A DNA stretch of 64,000 bases from Rikenellaceae bacterium (GTDB lineage Bacteria; Bacteroidota; Bacteroidia; Bacteroidales; Rikenellaceae): positions 337-64,336 of the forward strand of contig JBCQUC010000004.1 in NCBI GenBank assembly GCA_047174275.1. The letters run 5' to 3'. Within the stretch, counting starts at the first letter, position 1. Each line of letters begins with the position of its first letter. A program made the translations under genes and the position numbers. This document shows positions 10,233 to 21,024 of the stretch, piece after piece. The notes under the pieces were generated by a model. That model had not been told where the DNA came from, did no database searches, and was given only the letters and a program-made list of their open reading frames with translations.

Positions 10233-11349
10233 TTGTTTTGTATATTGACAATAGTTCCGTAGGCTCTAAATCTCGTTTGTTGAGTGTGCACCAACGGCGT
10301 ACCTCCTCCAGAAGTCGAGGCAGGATCTCATCTCGGCAGACAACTCCCAACTCCTCTAGTGCAGATTTGAGGGTCGCCATACACGTATGTTTTCCTATCT
10401 TAAATCGACGCTCTGTGAGCCCAATCTCTTCGGCTTTGATAAGTTGATATGTTGATCGATCGCGTTTTAGATACTTCGTGTGGATCCCACTCTCGTGTGT
10501 TAAAACGAGCTCTCCGACAATAGGCTTCGATACGCTGTTTTTGCGTCCCGATATTCTCTCAACATAGCTGCAAATCGAAGGGAATAGAGTCTTGTTGAGC
10601 CCAGTTGTGATACCTGTACTCTTCTCTATAGCCATCACAACCTCCTCCATCGCTGCGTTTCCAGCCCTCTCGCCCAATCCATTAACTGTTGTGCTGAGAG
10701 CATCTGCCCCTGCCATCCATGCCGCTATCGTATTCGCACACGCCATTCCCAAGTCGTTGTGGGCGTGAAACTCAATCGAAATATCAGGGCTGAGATCCCT
10801 TATCGGGCGAATTAGATCTTGTGTCGAGAATGGGTTGAGCAGACCAACTGTATCTGCTAGGCGTATCCTCTTAGCTCCACTCTTAATTGTCTCAAATGCA
10901 AACTCCTCAAGGAAATGGCTGTTAGCACGAGAGGCATCTTGAGCCCCGACACTTACATAATCGAATGTCTCGTAACTCCTCGTAACAATCTCTTGAATCT
11001 CCTTGAGCACCCATTTACGACTCTTACCCATCACTCCAAGCAGTTTGTCTGAGACAGGGAACGATAGATGTATTCCATCCACGCCACTCTTACGTGCAAG
11101 TTCGATCTCCGAAGGCATAGCTCTGCACCATGCCAACATCCTAGCATCGAAATTTGCATCGGTTATCGCCTTGATCTCTTCGATCGCAGCACACCCCATT
11201 GCTGGGGTTCCAACCTCAAACTCACTGACTCCCGCTTCACACAACATCGAGACTAGAGCGAACTTTTCATCGAGGGTAAATGCTACCCCCGACGCTTGTT
11301 CACCGTCACGAAGTGTAGTGTCTACAAATATAGGGTGCTTATAACTCAT
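10228..11349 (-). CDS. nifV: Homocitrate synthase
   Basis: DTTLRDGEQ, LADTVG, HAHNDLGMA, NGLGERAGNA, HESGIH; nif context. Confidence 0.92.
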   Translation of the reverse strand: MSYKHPIFVDTTLRDGEQASGVAFTLDEKFALVSMLCEAGVSEFEVGTPAMGCAAIEEIKAITDANFDARMLAWCRAMPSEIELARKSGVDGIHLSFPVSDKLLGVMGKSRKWVLKEIQEIVTRSYETFDYVSVGAQDASRANSHFLEEFAFETIKSGAKRIRLADTVGLLNPFSTQDLIRPIRDLSPDISIEFHAHNDLGMACANTIAAWMAGADALSTTVNGLGERAGNAAMEEVVMAIEKSTGITTGLNKTLFPSICSYVERISGRKNSVSKPIVGELVLTHESGIHTKYLKRDRSTYQLIKAEEIGLTERRFKIGKHTCMATLKSALEELGVVCRDEILPRLLEEVRRWCTLNKRDLEPTELLSIYKTI

Positions 11350-11358
11350 ATATGCTCT

Positions 11359-11667
11359 TTAGTCACTAATCAAATACTTCTCGCATGCCTCTCCATCTTC
11401 GAGCGCATCAAGGATCTCGTCGATCGCATCCTCGCTATCCACGCCGCCATACCAGAAATTTAGAGGTTGGATAACCATTGCTGGTCCTTGTGAACATACA
11501 TTTAGACAGGCTGTAGTGCTTACCACGACATCTAGTCCGCGGTCGCTTGTCTCCTCGACAATATATTGTAAAAGTTGTGGTGCTCCCTTTTTGTTGCAAA
11601 CACCCAATGCCTCGCCGCTAACTCTGTACGAGTTGCATAGCAGAATGTGATACTGTGGCTTTTTCAT
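11359..11667 (-). CDS. Thioredoxin-like [2Fe-2S] ferredoxin
   Basis: LLCNSYR..C..KG and TACLNVCSQGP..WYG pattern. Confidence 0.88.
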   Translation of the reverse strand: MKKPQYHILLCNSYRVSGEALGVCNKKGAPQLLQYIVEETSDRGLDVVVSTTACLNVCSQGPAMVIQPLNFWYGGVDSEDAIDEILDALEDGEACEKYLISD

Positions 11668-11752
11668 ACCCTGATAATTTTAATGTTAGTTGGTTATTCT
11701 GTTTTGTATTTACTACTTGTTGAAATATAAGTTTTGCTCCGCATTGGAGATT

Positions 11753-11867
11753 GTTGATAGGTGGATGAAATTTTGAAGATGGCGTAGAGGGCTCTGGAAG
11801 GAGCATACTTTAAGTATGTGACTGAAGAGAACTCTATGGTATCTTTAAAATTTCGCCGCCTTGCAAC
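11753..11867 (-). repeat. Family 2 stem-loop/REP element, copy a (after nifB)
   Basis: Imperfect terminal IRs GTTGATAGGTGG...CCGCCTTGCAAC around a central palindrome GCATACTT-T-AAGTATG-TGAC; the shared flank extends to about 11730. Confidence 0.8.
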
Positions 11868-11887
11868 AATCTCTGTTGTGAAGTGGA

Positions 11888-13141
11888 TCAACCGCATCCC
11901 ATTGCGTTCCCCTTGCAGTTTGATCCGCACTTGAAAGCGTCGCGTTTGGCTATAGACTTAATTACGCGGTTGCTATAGATTCCATCCAATCCCTCATCTA
12001 TAAGTCCTGTCATCTCAACAACATTGAGCCCAGAGCTCTTTAGAACCTTAAGTGGTTTGTCACCTACGCCACTTACAAGTAGTGCGCGACAATCTGAAAG
12101 CATCTTTGAGAGCATCTCCCAGCGGATATCACCCAATCCACGATCTGGAGTTTTGCGACTCTCGACCCACTTAAATCCATTTGGCGTTTGGCGATAAATA
12201 TTGAGTGAAGCAGCCTCTCCAAGATGCATATTTACAAGCATACCCTCATTTGTAGCTACGGCAACATATGGACGACTATCTGTGTCAACATCCGAACGCT
12301 GAGCATACTCGCTCATCAGAGCATGCGCTTCGCTCATATCCTGTCCCAAAAGACCAGCGGCATCCGCACGACACCTTGCGCAGTGGCTCATAAGTTTAAG
12401 GTGGTCTGACGCTAATGTGCGAACACGGAAGACCATCTTTGGATCAGGTTGCTCTAGATTCTCGAAAGCGGTGTCGGCAACAGGGATAAGCGGAATGCAG
12501 TTTATAACATCAGCACCCAATTCAGAGCATACTCTAGCAACCTCCTTGATCCCATCCTCGTTGATCGTTGGGATTATAATACTGTTGATCTTTACAGTTA
12601 TACCCTTCGCCTTTAGCTTTGGGATACATGCTAACTGCTTGTCGAGGAGTCTCTTTGCTCCATCTTCGCCTCGATAGATATGCTTTCCATCGCGAACCCA
12701 TTTGTAGATCTTCGCAAGAACCTTTGTGTCGATACTATTTATTGTGATGGTTACGTGGCTAACATTTAGCTCAGCAATCTCATCAATATATGGCTCTAGA
12801 CCAAGTCCATTTGTTGATAGGCAGAAGATCTTATCAGGGAATCTCTCGTGTGCAAGACGCATAGTCTCAAGAGTCTCCTCAGGGTTTGCAAATGGGTCTC
12901 CAGGGCCTGCAATACCAATTACCGACAGGTTTGGCATACGCTTATCGAGCTCCTCAAGATAACCTACAGATTGTTTTGGTGTGAGAATTGTCGATGTCAC
13001 TCCTGGGCGACTCTCGCTTACGCAATCATATTTGCGATTGCAATAGTTGCACTGAATATTGCACTTTGGCGCAACGGGTAGGTGTACTCGTGCGTGGGTA
13101 TGTTTTGCTTCAGCGTCGAAGCATGGGTGCTTGTGTTCCAT
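11888..13141 (-). CDS. nifB: FeMo-cofactor radical SAM protein NifB with C-terminal NifX-like domain
   Basis: HPCF, PKCNIQCNYC (CxxxCxxC), ESRPGV, IAGPGDP, HCARCRADA. Confidence 0.97.
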   Translation of the reverse strand: MEHKHPCFDAEAKHTHARVHLPVAPKCNIQCNYCNRKYDCVSESRPGVTSTILTPKQSVGYLEELDKRMPNLSVIGIAGPGDPFANPEETLETMRLAHERFPDKIFCLSTNGLGLEPYIDEIAELNVSHVTITINSIDTKVLAKIYKWVRDGKHIYRGEDGAKRLLDKQLACIPKLKAKGITVKINSIIIPTINEDGIKEVARVCSELGADVINCIPLIPVADTAFENLEQPDPKMVFRVRTLASDHLKLMSHCARCRADAAGLLGQDMSEAHALMSEYAQRSDVDTDSRPYVAVATNEGMLVNMHLGEAASLNIYRQTPNGFKWVESRKTPDRGLGDIRWEMLSKMLSDCRALLVSGVGDKPLKVLKSSGLNVVEMTGLIDEGLDGIYSNRVIKSIAKRDAFKCGSNCKGNAMGCG

Positions 13142-13145
13142 GATC

Positions 13146-14450
13146 TTAAATGTATTTATACCCTACGGGTGAGTTCTCTTGTTTATACTCTATTAATGCG
13201 TTTACAACTCTATCAAATAGCTCTTGTGTGCCTCGATATCCGATCTTTAACTGACGAGCAGCTCCAAAACGGTCGTGGATCGGGAATCCAACACGTATGA
13301 TTGGGATCTTTAGTTCGCGAGCTATATAGTAACCTTTGCTGCTTCCCATCATAATGTCGGGTTTGATCTGGTTGAGTTTGGCGTGTATCGACTCAAAATC
13401 TGTATCGGTGAACGAATAGACCTCAAGTCCAATCTCCTTGCACCATGCTGATAGTGCCGAGACCAAATCTGCCTCTCCGTAGATTGCGATCTTTTTGCCG
13501 AATAGATATTTGTGAGCATCTACATACGCATCTATCAATCGTCCACGCTCCATCTGATACTTCTTTGGGATCTCAACTCCATACTCAGCACTGAGACACT
13601 CCATAAATCTATCCGAAGCCTCTATGCCAATTGGAATCGGCATCTGGGTGTTTTTTACTCCGCAATCACTCTCCAGCCACTCTCCACCTGTTGGGATACG
13701 CCCGCTCTCGGATGTACGTTTGTAGAACTGGTTGAATCTCTCTCCAAACTCAATGACAGCCTTTGCATCTCCACACTCCTCAATCTCTTTGAGTGGTGTT
13801 CCTCCACTTGGAATAAGTTGATACTCCGCTGTATATACATTGTCGAGTGACTCGCTGTAGTCGGGAAATACCGTCCCCGTAACACCAAAGTCAGCGATGA
13901 TCTCCTTGATATATCTGATATCGGCAGGTGTCACCATTCCTGGTAGAACAACTAGCTTCTCGGTTCGCTTAGTTGACTTTGCGAGTGTCTTTAATGCTGA
14001 GAGAACCGTATTGTGAAACCCTTCGGCATGCGATCCACAGTAGCTAGGTGTCGAACTATGGATAAATGCTGGAAGATTATCCGACATCTTTGCATCGCGG
14101 TAGTTTCTGATGTGACCTGGGATATCCTCACCAATTGTCTCCGAGAGACATGTAGAGGCGATTCCGATCACCTTTGGGTGGTACTGTTTTATTATATTGT
14201 CTATTCCTGTTATGAAGTTTTTACTTCCTCCATATACCGTCGACTCCTCCGAAAAGTTGCTCGATGCAATATCTACGGGCTCTTTGTAGTGGCTAATCAT
14301 ATATCGGCGGATATATGTTGCACACCCTTGTGATCCGTGAATAAGCGGAACACAACCCTCAATCCCCTTGAATACCAACGATGCTCCAAGTGGGGCGCAA
14401 AGTTTGCAAGCGTTGCGCGACGATACGTATGTTTTATCCTCTGTTTTCAT
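13146..14450 (-). CDS. nifN: Nitrogenase cofactor scaffold NifN
   Basis: CAPLGA, HGSQGCATY, TCLSETIGED, GFPIHDR. Confidence 0.92.
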   Translation of the reverse strand: MKTEDKTYVSSRNACKLCAPLGASLVFKGIEGCVPLIHGSQGCATYIRRYMISHYKEPVDIASSNFSEESTVYGGSKNFITGIDNIIKQYHPKVIGIASTCLSETIGEDIPGHIRNYRDAKMSDNLPAFIHSSTPSYCGSHAEGFHNTVLSALKTLAKSTKRTEKLVVLPGMVTPADIRYIKEIIADFGVTGTVFPDYSESLDNVYTAEYQLIPSGGTPLKEIEECGDAKAVIEFGERFNQFYKRTSESGRIPTGGEWLESDCGVKNTQMPIPIGIEASDRFMECLSAEYGVEIPKKYQMERGRLIDAYVDAHKYLFGKKIAIYGEADLVSALSAWCKEIGLEVYSFTDTDFESIHAKLNQIKPDIMMGSSKGYYIARELKIPIIRVGFPIHDRFGAARQLKIGYRGTQELFDRVVNALIEYKQENSPVGYKYI

Positions 14451-15792
14451 CGCTCTCCCTCCTATTTGTTTTTGTAAATTTCCATACTGGAGTCATCGCT
14501 GTGGCGTAGATCTCCTTTGCAAAGTTCAACATCCCCTCGTATCCTGCAAGAGCCTCTTTGCGTTCGTGGTTGTGGTCACAAAAACCGAGTCCAATCTTGT
14601 AGGCTATCGGGCGTTCCTTCACACCTCCGATGAATATATCAGCCTCTTTCTCCTTTACGAAGTGGGAGAGCTCAATAGGGTTCGAGTCATCGACGATCAC
14701 AGTCCCCTCGTCACAAAGATTCTTTATGAGCTCATAATCTTCGGTAGAGCCAGTTTGAGATCCGATGATAACAGTCTTTACTCCGATGAGTCGAAGAGCC
14801 TTCACCAAAGAGATCGCTTTGAATGCTCCGCCGACATATATCGCAGCTCGCTTACCCTCCAAAGCCTCTTTGTATGGTTTTAGTGCAGGGAGCAGTCGAG
14901 TCATCTCGTCGCGGACAATTTCGCGAGCCCTCTCCATCATCTCGTCATCTTTGAAGAATCGAGCAACTTCGTATAGCGCATCGCTCATATCCTCAATTCC
15001 GAAGTATGATACATGCATAAATGGTGTGCCATACTCCTCTTTCATCATCTTGGCAAGGTGGATCATCGAGCCAGAACACTGCACAACATTGAGCCCCGCT
15101 TTGTGGGCGTTGCGAATATCATCGACACGTCCATCGCCAGTGATTGTTGCATTTACGTGGACTCCCATTCGCTTGTAGTATTCGAGCAGAATCCAGAGTT
15201 CACCCGCAAGGTTGAAATCTCCCAAAATATTTATACTCTTCTTGGGAATGTCGCCATCTCCTGTGCCGACCAACTTAAAGAGTGATTCACAAGCTACTTT
15301 GTAGCCATCTTTTTTCGAGCCCTGAAAACCTGGAGCTTGAACAGGTATTGTTGTGACACCAGTCTCCTCGGTCACCTGTTTACAGATCTGCTCAACATCA
15401 TCGCCAATCACACCTACGATACATGTCGTATAGACAAATGCCGCCTTTGGCTGGTGTGCTGCGATAAGCTCTATGAGCGAAGCGTATAACTTCTTTTCGC
15501 CGCCGAAGATTACATCTTTCTCTTGAAGGTCGGTCGAAAAACTTGTTCTGTGAAGTTCGGGCCCCGATGAAAGTGACCCTCGAATGTCCCAAGTGTATGC
15601 AGCGCAACCTATTGGGCCATGAATTATGTGTAAAGCATCCGCAATGGGGTATAGCACAACTCGTGATCCGCAAAAGACACACGCTCGTTGACTCATACTT
15701 CCTGCAAGACTCACTTTGCCAGCCTGAACAGTTGGTGCATCTGCGCCACTTGTCGAGACTTGCCTCTCCCTCTCCTTTAAAATGTGAGCCAT
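14434..15792 (-). CDS. nifE: Nitrogenase cofactor scaffold NifE
   Basis: RACVFCGSR, HGPIGCAAY, TCIVGVIGDD, VQCSGS. Confidence 0.93.
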   Translation of the reverse strand: MAHILKERERQVSTSGADAPTVQAGKVSLAGSMSQRACVFCGSRVVLYPIADALHIIHGPIGCAAYTWDIRGSLSSGPELHRTSFSTDLQEKDVIFGGEKKLYASLIELIAAHQPKAAFVYTTCIVGVIGDDVEQICKQVTEETGVTTIPVQAPGFQGSKKDGYKVACESLFKLVGTGDGDIPKKSINILGDFNLAGELWILLEYYKRMGVHVNATITGDGRVDDIRNAHKAGLNVVQCSGSMIHLAKMMKEEYGTPFMHVSYFGIEDMSDALYEVARFFKDDEMMERAREIVRDEMTRLLPALKPYKEALEGKRAAIYVGGAFKAISLVKALRLIGVKTVIIGSQTGSTEDYELIKNLCDEGTVIVDDSNPIELSHFVKEKEADIFIGGVKERPIAYKIGLGFCDHNHERKEALAGYEGMLNFAKEIYATAMTPVWKFTKTNRRESDENRG

Positions 15793-15808
15793 AACATTGA
15801 TTTTTTTG

Positions 15809-16086
15809 TATTAGTGTCCGATAAAACTTTCCTAGCAGTCCCATGTGAGATACGAAATTGAAAATTTCGTCATCCTGAACTTGTTTCAGGATCCCTGCAT
15901 TATTGATTAAGTTGTTGTGTGCTAATGTATTACAGGGGTTGTGTTGTCGTTTGCTGAGATCCTGAAACAAGTTCAGGATGACGAAATTTTCAATTTCGTA
16001 TCTCAAGTGAGACTATTAAGCCCCTAATTCCACAAACATATACAATCTGTTACAAAGGTTTGTCGGGTTTTTGTCGGACAGTAATA
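15809..16086. mobile_element. Family 1 nested REP-doublet element, copy B (nifK-nifE gap)
   Basis: Same layered IRs as copy A in the opposite orientation; 60-nt spacer; TA flanks. Confidence 0.85.
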
Positions 16087-16105
16087 ATTTTTTTTGTTTT
16101 GTTAA

Positions 16106-16148
16106 TTCGAAGATCTCAACCCTCTAATTTGAGGTTGAAATCTTCGAA
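16106..16148 (-). promoter_or_regulatory. Stem-loop immediately 3' of nifK
   Basis: TTCGAAGATCTCAACCCTC-TAATTT-GAGGTTGAAATCTTCGAA, 9 bp after the nifK stop; no U-tract on the minus strand. Confidence 0.6.
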
Positions 16149-16157
16149 AATATTGTA

Positions 16158-17537
16158 TTACATTTGGAACTCAATAGTCTCCTCTGTGCACTCTCTATCA
16201 CGGTGAGATAGAAGCTCATGGATGATTGAAGTTACCATGTTCGCAGCTCCCTTATAACCAGTCTTAGCGAAGTAGTTGTGACCAGCACGATCGGCGATTG
16301 GGAATCCCATACGATAGAATGGTGTGTTCTCGTCGCGAGCGATATACTTACCATAAGTATTTCCGATCAACAAATCAACACCCTCTTGTTTGATCCACTG
16401 GTGAAGTTGGAACATATCGGCATTTGCACCGCTCTTCCACTTAGCCTCTGGGATATCCTTTAGTAGCTCAGCCATACGCTCCTCGAACTCCTTACCTGGA
16501 GTACCCGTTACGATGTATACTGGACGCATATCCATAGATACAAGGAACTCAACCATTGGGATAAGTGTGTCTGGATCGCCCCACAATGCTACACGCTTGC
16601 CATACAAGTGAACCGAAGCATCTGAGATCAAATCGAGCAACTGACCGCGCTCGTAAGTCAACTCATCCGATACTGGAACGTTTGCGTGGCGGCTGATAGA
16701 TGTCAAGAAACGATCTGTAGCCAAGAATCCGATTGGAATATCAAGAACCTCGAATGGAACTTTACACTGATTCTCCATCTTGATACAAGCGTCGGTTGTA
16801 GTGTATGAACCCAAACCTACAGATACCTTGCTGTCACCGCTTAGGCGGATATCTGCAATTTTAGCACCTCCATCTGGGTACATCTTGTATGTTCCAGTCA
16901 TTGGCCCATCCAATACTCCTGTCATATCTGGGAACATGAATGTGCGACTCTCCATAACCTTGCAAAGTCTCTTGATCTCAGCTTGATCCGATGGCTCCAT
17001 CCAACCCGAAATAAGGTTGATTACGTTGCGTCTCTTGCCTGTTTTTGTGGCAAACGACTTCACCATCGAAGTTACCTGATTTGCATATCCAGTGACGTGT
17101 GTTCCAACATAACTTGGTGTGTTACAGTAGATAACCTCCTTGCCAGCTGGGATAAATCCATCTTCTGCAGCCTTCGATACAATCTGAGTCATATCATCAC
17201 CAATTGTCTCCGAAAGACAAGTTGTGTGAACTGCGATAACCTCTGGGTCGTAAGTTGTGAAGATCGTATTGATCGCCTGAACCAAGTTGGCAGAACCTCC
17301 AAATACTGAAGAACCCTCAGAGAATGAACTTGTAGCTGCCATGATTGGCTCTTTGAAGTGACGTGTAAGTGCACTTCGGTGGTATGAGCAACATCCTTGT
17401 GAACCGTGGCTATGTGGCAAACACCCGTGGATACCGAGTGCCGCGTACATTGCACCAACTGGTTGACAAGTCTTTGCTGGGTTGACCGTCAGAGCTTTTC
17501 TTTCGATCTCCTTATCTGTTGTGTGTCTTAATAACAT
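16158..17537 (-). CDS. nifK: Nitrogenase MoFe protein beta chain
   Basis: NPAKTCQPVGA, HGSQGCCSY, TTCLSETIGDD P-cluster ligands. Confidence 0.97.
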   Translation of the reverse strand: MLLRHTTDKEIERKALTVNPAKTCQPVGAMYAALGIHGCLPHSHGSQGCCSYHRSALTRHFKEPIMAATSSFSEGSSVFGGSANLVQAINTIFTTYDPEVIAVHTTCLSETIGDDMTQIVSKAAEDGFIPAGKEVIYCNTPSYVGTHVTGYANQVTSMVKSFATKTGKRRNVINLISGWMEPSDQAEIKRLCKVMESRTFMFPDMTGVLDGPMTGTYKMYPDGGAKIADIRLSGDSKVSVGLGSYTTTDACIKMENQCKVPFEVLDIPIGFLATDRFLTSISRHANVPVSDELTYERGQLLDLISDASVHLYGKRVALWGDPDTLIPMVEFLVSMDMRPVYIVTGTPGKEFEERMAELLKDIPEAKWKSGANADMFQLHQWIKQEGVDLLIGNTYGKYIARDENTPFYRMGFPIADRAGHNYFAKTGYKGAANMVTSIIHELLSHRDRECTEETIEFQM

Positions 17538-17550
17538 AATCTTTCCCTCT

Positions 17551-19179
17551 TTAATTTAGTACATAGCTTGCCTCAACATATGCCTCACGCTCCCATGGTG
17601 CCTTCAAATATTTGTGAAGTGTAGCGCATGAGATCATCTCGATATCTTTGTAGAAGTTGATAGCACCTGCAAATCCTGCATATGGGCCACCAGAATCGTA
17701 GTTGTGAAGCATCTTCAATGGAATACCCATCTTCTGAGCAACATACTTCTCCTTGATACCTGCACAGAATACATCTGGGTGGTATAGCTCGATCAACTTC
17801 TCCATCTCGTAGTGGCTCAAATCGTCGATAACGAGTGTGCCCTTCTGCATATCTGCCATAAGTCCCTCGTAGTCGTTGAACTCGCCGCCATTCGAGATCT
17901 TTGTCAAGTGCTCATCTGGTTTACGCTTGTTGTAACGCTCCTCATCTTTGTAGACTGTGATCTCCTCGATGTTACGGCTATCGGCATCAACTTGGATTGT
18001 TGGAATCACGCGGCGACCCTCGTAGTCATCACGGTGACCGAACTCATATCCAGCTGCAAGAGTTGTCATACCCAACTCGTTGAATAGCTCTTGGTAGTGG
18101 TGAGCGCGAGATCCACCGACAAACAACATCGCTGTCTTGCCAACTGTCTTTTTGCGAGCCTGCTCAGCTGCAGCCTCAACACGTACCATCTCCTCAGCGA
18201 TAACCTTCTCGATCTGGTCGATAAGCTCCTGATCCTCGAAGTACTCTCCGATTTTGCGAAGTGATTTAGCTGTTGCCTCAGCACCGATGAAGTTACACTT
18301 AGTCCAAGGAATACCGAACGATGTATTCAACATCTCAGCTACGTAGTTGATTGAACGGTGACACATAACAAGACTCAAATCTGCTGTGTGAGCACGCTCA
18401 AACTTAGTCATTGTAGCATTTCCCGACATTGTAGCGATTAGCTCAATTCCGCAACGATCCATCAAATCCTCAATTACGAAAGCGTCACCTCCGATGTTGT
18501 ACTCTCCAAGCAGATTGACACGATACTTGTGCTTGCCCTCGATTGTGTCATCCTTACCGATACAGTTCTTGTAGAGCTGATTGTTCGCGATGTGGTGACC
18601 AGCCGACTGAGATACTCCACGATATCCCTCGCAAGAGAAACCGATGATGTTAACCCCAGGGAACTCCTCCTCCATCTGGCGAGCTACACGGTGAACATCA
18701 TCACCGATAAGACCTACAGGACAAGTTGAGAATACTCCGATCGCCTTTGGGTGGAATAGCTCCATCGCCTCGCGGATCGCCTGCTTTAGCTTCTCCTCAC
18801 CACCGAATACGATGTTTGAGTCCTGCATATCAGTTGAGAAACAGTATGGGATGTAGTTCTCATCCATGTCAGACTCTGGGCGAGTCTGGTTACGACGTGT
18901 AAGCCATGAGTAGAATCCGCAACCGATCGGGCCGTGTGTGATATTTACGATATCACGAGTTGGTCCCATGATTACTCCCTTACAACCTGCGTAAGTACAA
19001 CCACGCTGTGTGATGATACCTGGCACTGTACGTACATTGGCTTGGATCTTTGGGATCAGATCTGGGTCGTTTACGGCAACCGCCTTAGAACGTTTTTTTG
19101 CTACCTTCTTCGGGTACTTCTCAGCTACCGCCTCGACGAACTCCGAAAAATCTGGTAATTTCTTTATATCTTCTTTCAT
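17551..19179 (-). CDS. nifD: Nitrogenase MoFe protein alpha chain (long, group II type)
   Basis: RGCTYAGC, HGPIGCG, TCPVGLIGDD, SAGHHIAN, MCHRSINY, GGSRAHHY, LHNYDSGGPY; about 50-aa insertion (RVIPTIQVDADSRNIEE...). Confidence 0.97.
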   Translation of the reverse strand: MKEDIKKLPDFSEFVEAVAEKYPKKVAKKRSKAVAVNDPDLIPKIQANVRTVPGIITQRGCTYAGCKGVIMGPTRDIVNITHGPIGCGFYSWLTRRNQTRPESDMDENYIPYCFSTDMQDSNIVFGGEEKLKQAIREAMELFHPKAIGVFSTCPVGLIGDDVHRVARQMEEEFPGVNIIGFSCEGYRGVSQSAGHHIANNQLYKNCIGKDDTIEGKHKYRVNLLGEYNIGGDAFVIEDLMDRCGIELIATMSGNATMTKFERAHTADLSLVMCHRSINYVAEMLNTSFGIPWTKCNFIGAEATAKSLRKIGEYFEDQELIDQIEKVIAEEMVRVEAAAEQARKKTVGKTAMLFVGGSRAHHYQELFNELGMTTLAAGYEFGHRDDYEGRRVIPTIQVDADSRNIEEITVYKDEERYNKRKPDEHLTKISNGGEFNDYEGLMADMQKGTLVIDDLSHYEMEKLIELYHPDVFCAGIKEKYVAQKMGIPLKMLHNYDSGGPYAGFAGAINFYKDIEMISCATLHKYLKAPWEREAYVEASYVLN

Positions 19180-19190
19180 AGGAATCTTAT

Positions 19191-19556
19191 TTAATCGAGT
19201 GTGATATCTCCAGTCTCACCTGTGCGGACACGAACTGATTCGAATGTGTTGACCACGAAGATCTTACCATCTCCACTCTTGCCCGTTTGGTTAACCTTAA
19301 TAATTGTCTCTACAGCCAAATCCTTCTTGTCGTCAGTTACAACAAGCGTAATCATACGCTTAGATTTTAGACGTGGATTCTGCTGAATATGCTCGTGGTG
19401 CTCAGGGTCGATACCCTCAGCCTTCTCCAAATCGCCGTGACCCTTACCACGTCCCACAACTGGAAGAGCTGTGAACGATGGTAGATCGACTGCAGAGAGA
19501 GCCTCCTTAGTCTCGGTCATCTTCGCGATACGGATGATTGCCATTATTAACTTCAT
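19191..19556 (-). CDS. nifI2: NifI2, PII-like nitrogenase switch-off protein
   Basis: GRGKG, PKR-like SKRMI, TGKSGDGKIFV, RVRTGE; located between nifH and nifD. Confidence 0.88.
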   Translation of the reverse strand: MKLIMAIIRIAKMTETKEALSAVDLPSFTALPVVGRGKGHGDLEKAEGIDPEHHEHIQQNPRLKSKRMITLVVTDDKKDLAVETIIKVNQTGKSGDGKIFVVNTFESVRVRTGETGDITLD

Positions 19557-19588
19557 AGTAATCTAATTTATTAGTCGTTTTTTGTAAA

Positions 19589-19630
19589 GTTGATAGGTGG
19601 ATGAAATTTGAAATTTCGTCGCATTGCAAC
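19589..19630 (-). repeat. Family 2 element, internally deleted copy b (after nifI1)
   Basis: GTTGATAGGTGGATGAAATTT-GAAATTTCGTCGCATTGCAAC: only the terminal arms remain. Confidence 0.7.
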
Positions 19631-19631
19631 T

Positions 19632-19958
19632 TTACACCTCCATGAATCCTGAAGAGATAGTATAGCACTCCTCAACTGGTGTAACGAAGATCTTACCATC
19701 TCCGAACTGTCCTGTTGCGCTAGAGCGAGCTGAGTTTATGATTGTCTCAATCACAAAATCTTTGTCCTTCTTTTTGATAGTAATCATCAACATCTCCTTT
19801 GGAAGCTCATCATACGTTACGTTTCCAGCCTTGATACCACGCTGCTTACCACGTCCATATACTGCGATCTTTGTAACGGCTGGGAATCCAGCGTCCATCA
19901 ACGACTTCATTACTACTGCCGATTTTTCTGGTCTTACGATTGCTCTAATTAAATACAT
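19632..19958 (-). CDS. nifI1: NifI1, PII-like nitrogenase switch-off protein
   Basis: AIVRPEK, GRGKQRG, YDELPKEML, GQFGDGKIFV. Confidence 0.88.
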   Translation of the reverse strand: MYLIRAIVRPEKSAVVMKSLMDAGFPAVTKIAVYGRGKQRGIKAGNVTYDELPKEMLMITIKKKDKDFVIETIINSARSSATGQFGDGKIFVTPVEECYTISSGFMEV

Positions 19959-19996
19959 TGTCTTGATTTTTTATTTGGTTTGTGTTTTGCTCAAAA

Positions 19997-20111
19997 GTTG
20001 ATAAGTGGATGAGATCTTGTGCATCGTAAGCTGGCGGAGGAGGGAGCATACTTTGGGTATGTGACCGATTGCCGACAGCTTGGGATGTGCAAGATCTCAC
20101 CACCTTGCAAC
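19997..20111 (-). repeat. Family 2 element, copy c (after nifH)
   Basis: GTTGATAAGTGG...GAGCATACTTTGGGTATGTGAC...CCACCTTGCAAC with divergent inner arms. Confidence 0.75.
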
Positions 20112-20117
20112 TTTTGT

Positions 20118-20975
<858 letters not shown>

Positions 20976-21008
20976 TTAAGTTATCTATTTTCTTATGCTG
21001 TTTAATCT

Positions 21009-21024
21009 TGCATTAAGTGTGCCA
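21009..21024 (-). promoter_or_regulatory. Sigma54 (-24/-12) promoter of nifH
   Basis: Minus strand TGGCAC-ACTTA-ATGCA with correct GG-N10-GC spacing, about 65 bp upstream of the ATG. Confidence 0.85.

Noticed and set aside
11694-11930. Similar short ORFs at 11694-11930, 11618-11806 and 23027-23227
   Set aside because: Their similarity comes entirely from the family 2 repeat
11888-14450. Frameshifted nifN-nifB fusion as in some clostridia
   Set aside because: nifN has a clean TAA, nifB has its own ATG 4 nt later, and both are full length
15398-16006. ORF beginning MRYEIENFVILNLFQDLS (also 28305-28691)
   Set aside because: Translation of the family 1 repeat running antisense into nifE or ddl; not a gene
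17551-19179. Alternative (V/Fe) nitrogenase or nif-like group IV enzyme
   Set aside because: No G subunit; Mo-type ligand motifs with the group II insertion, plus nifEN and modABC
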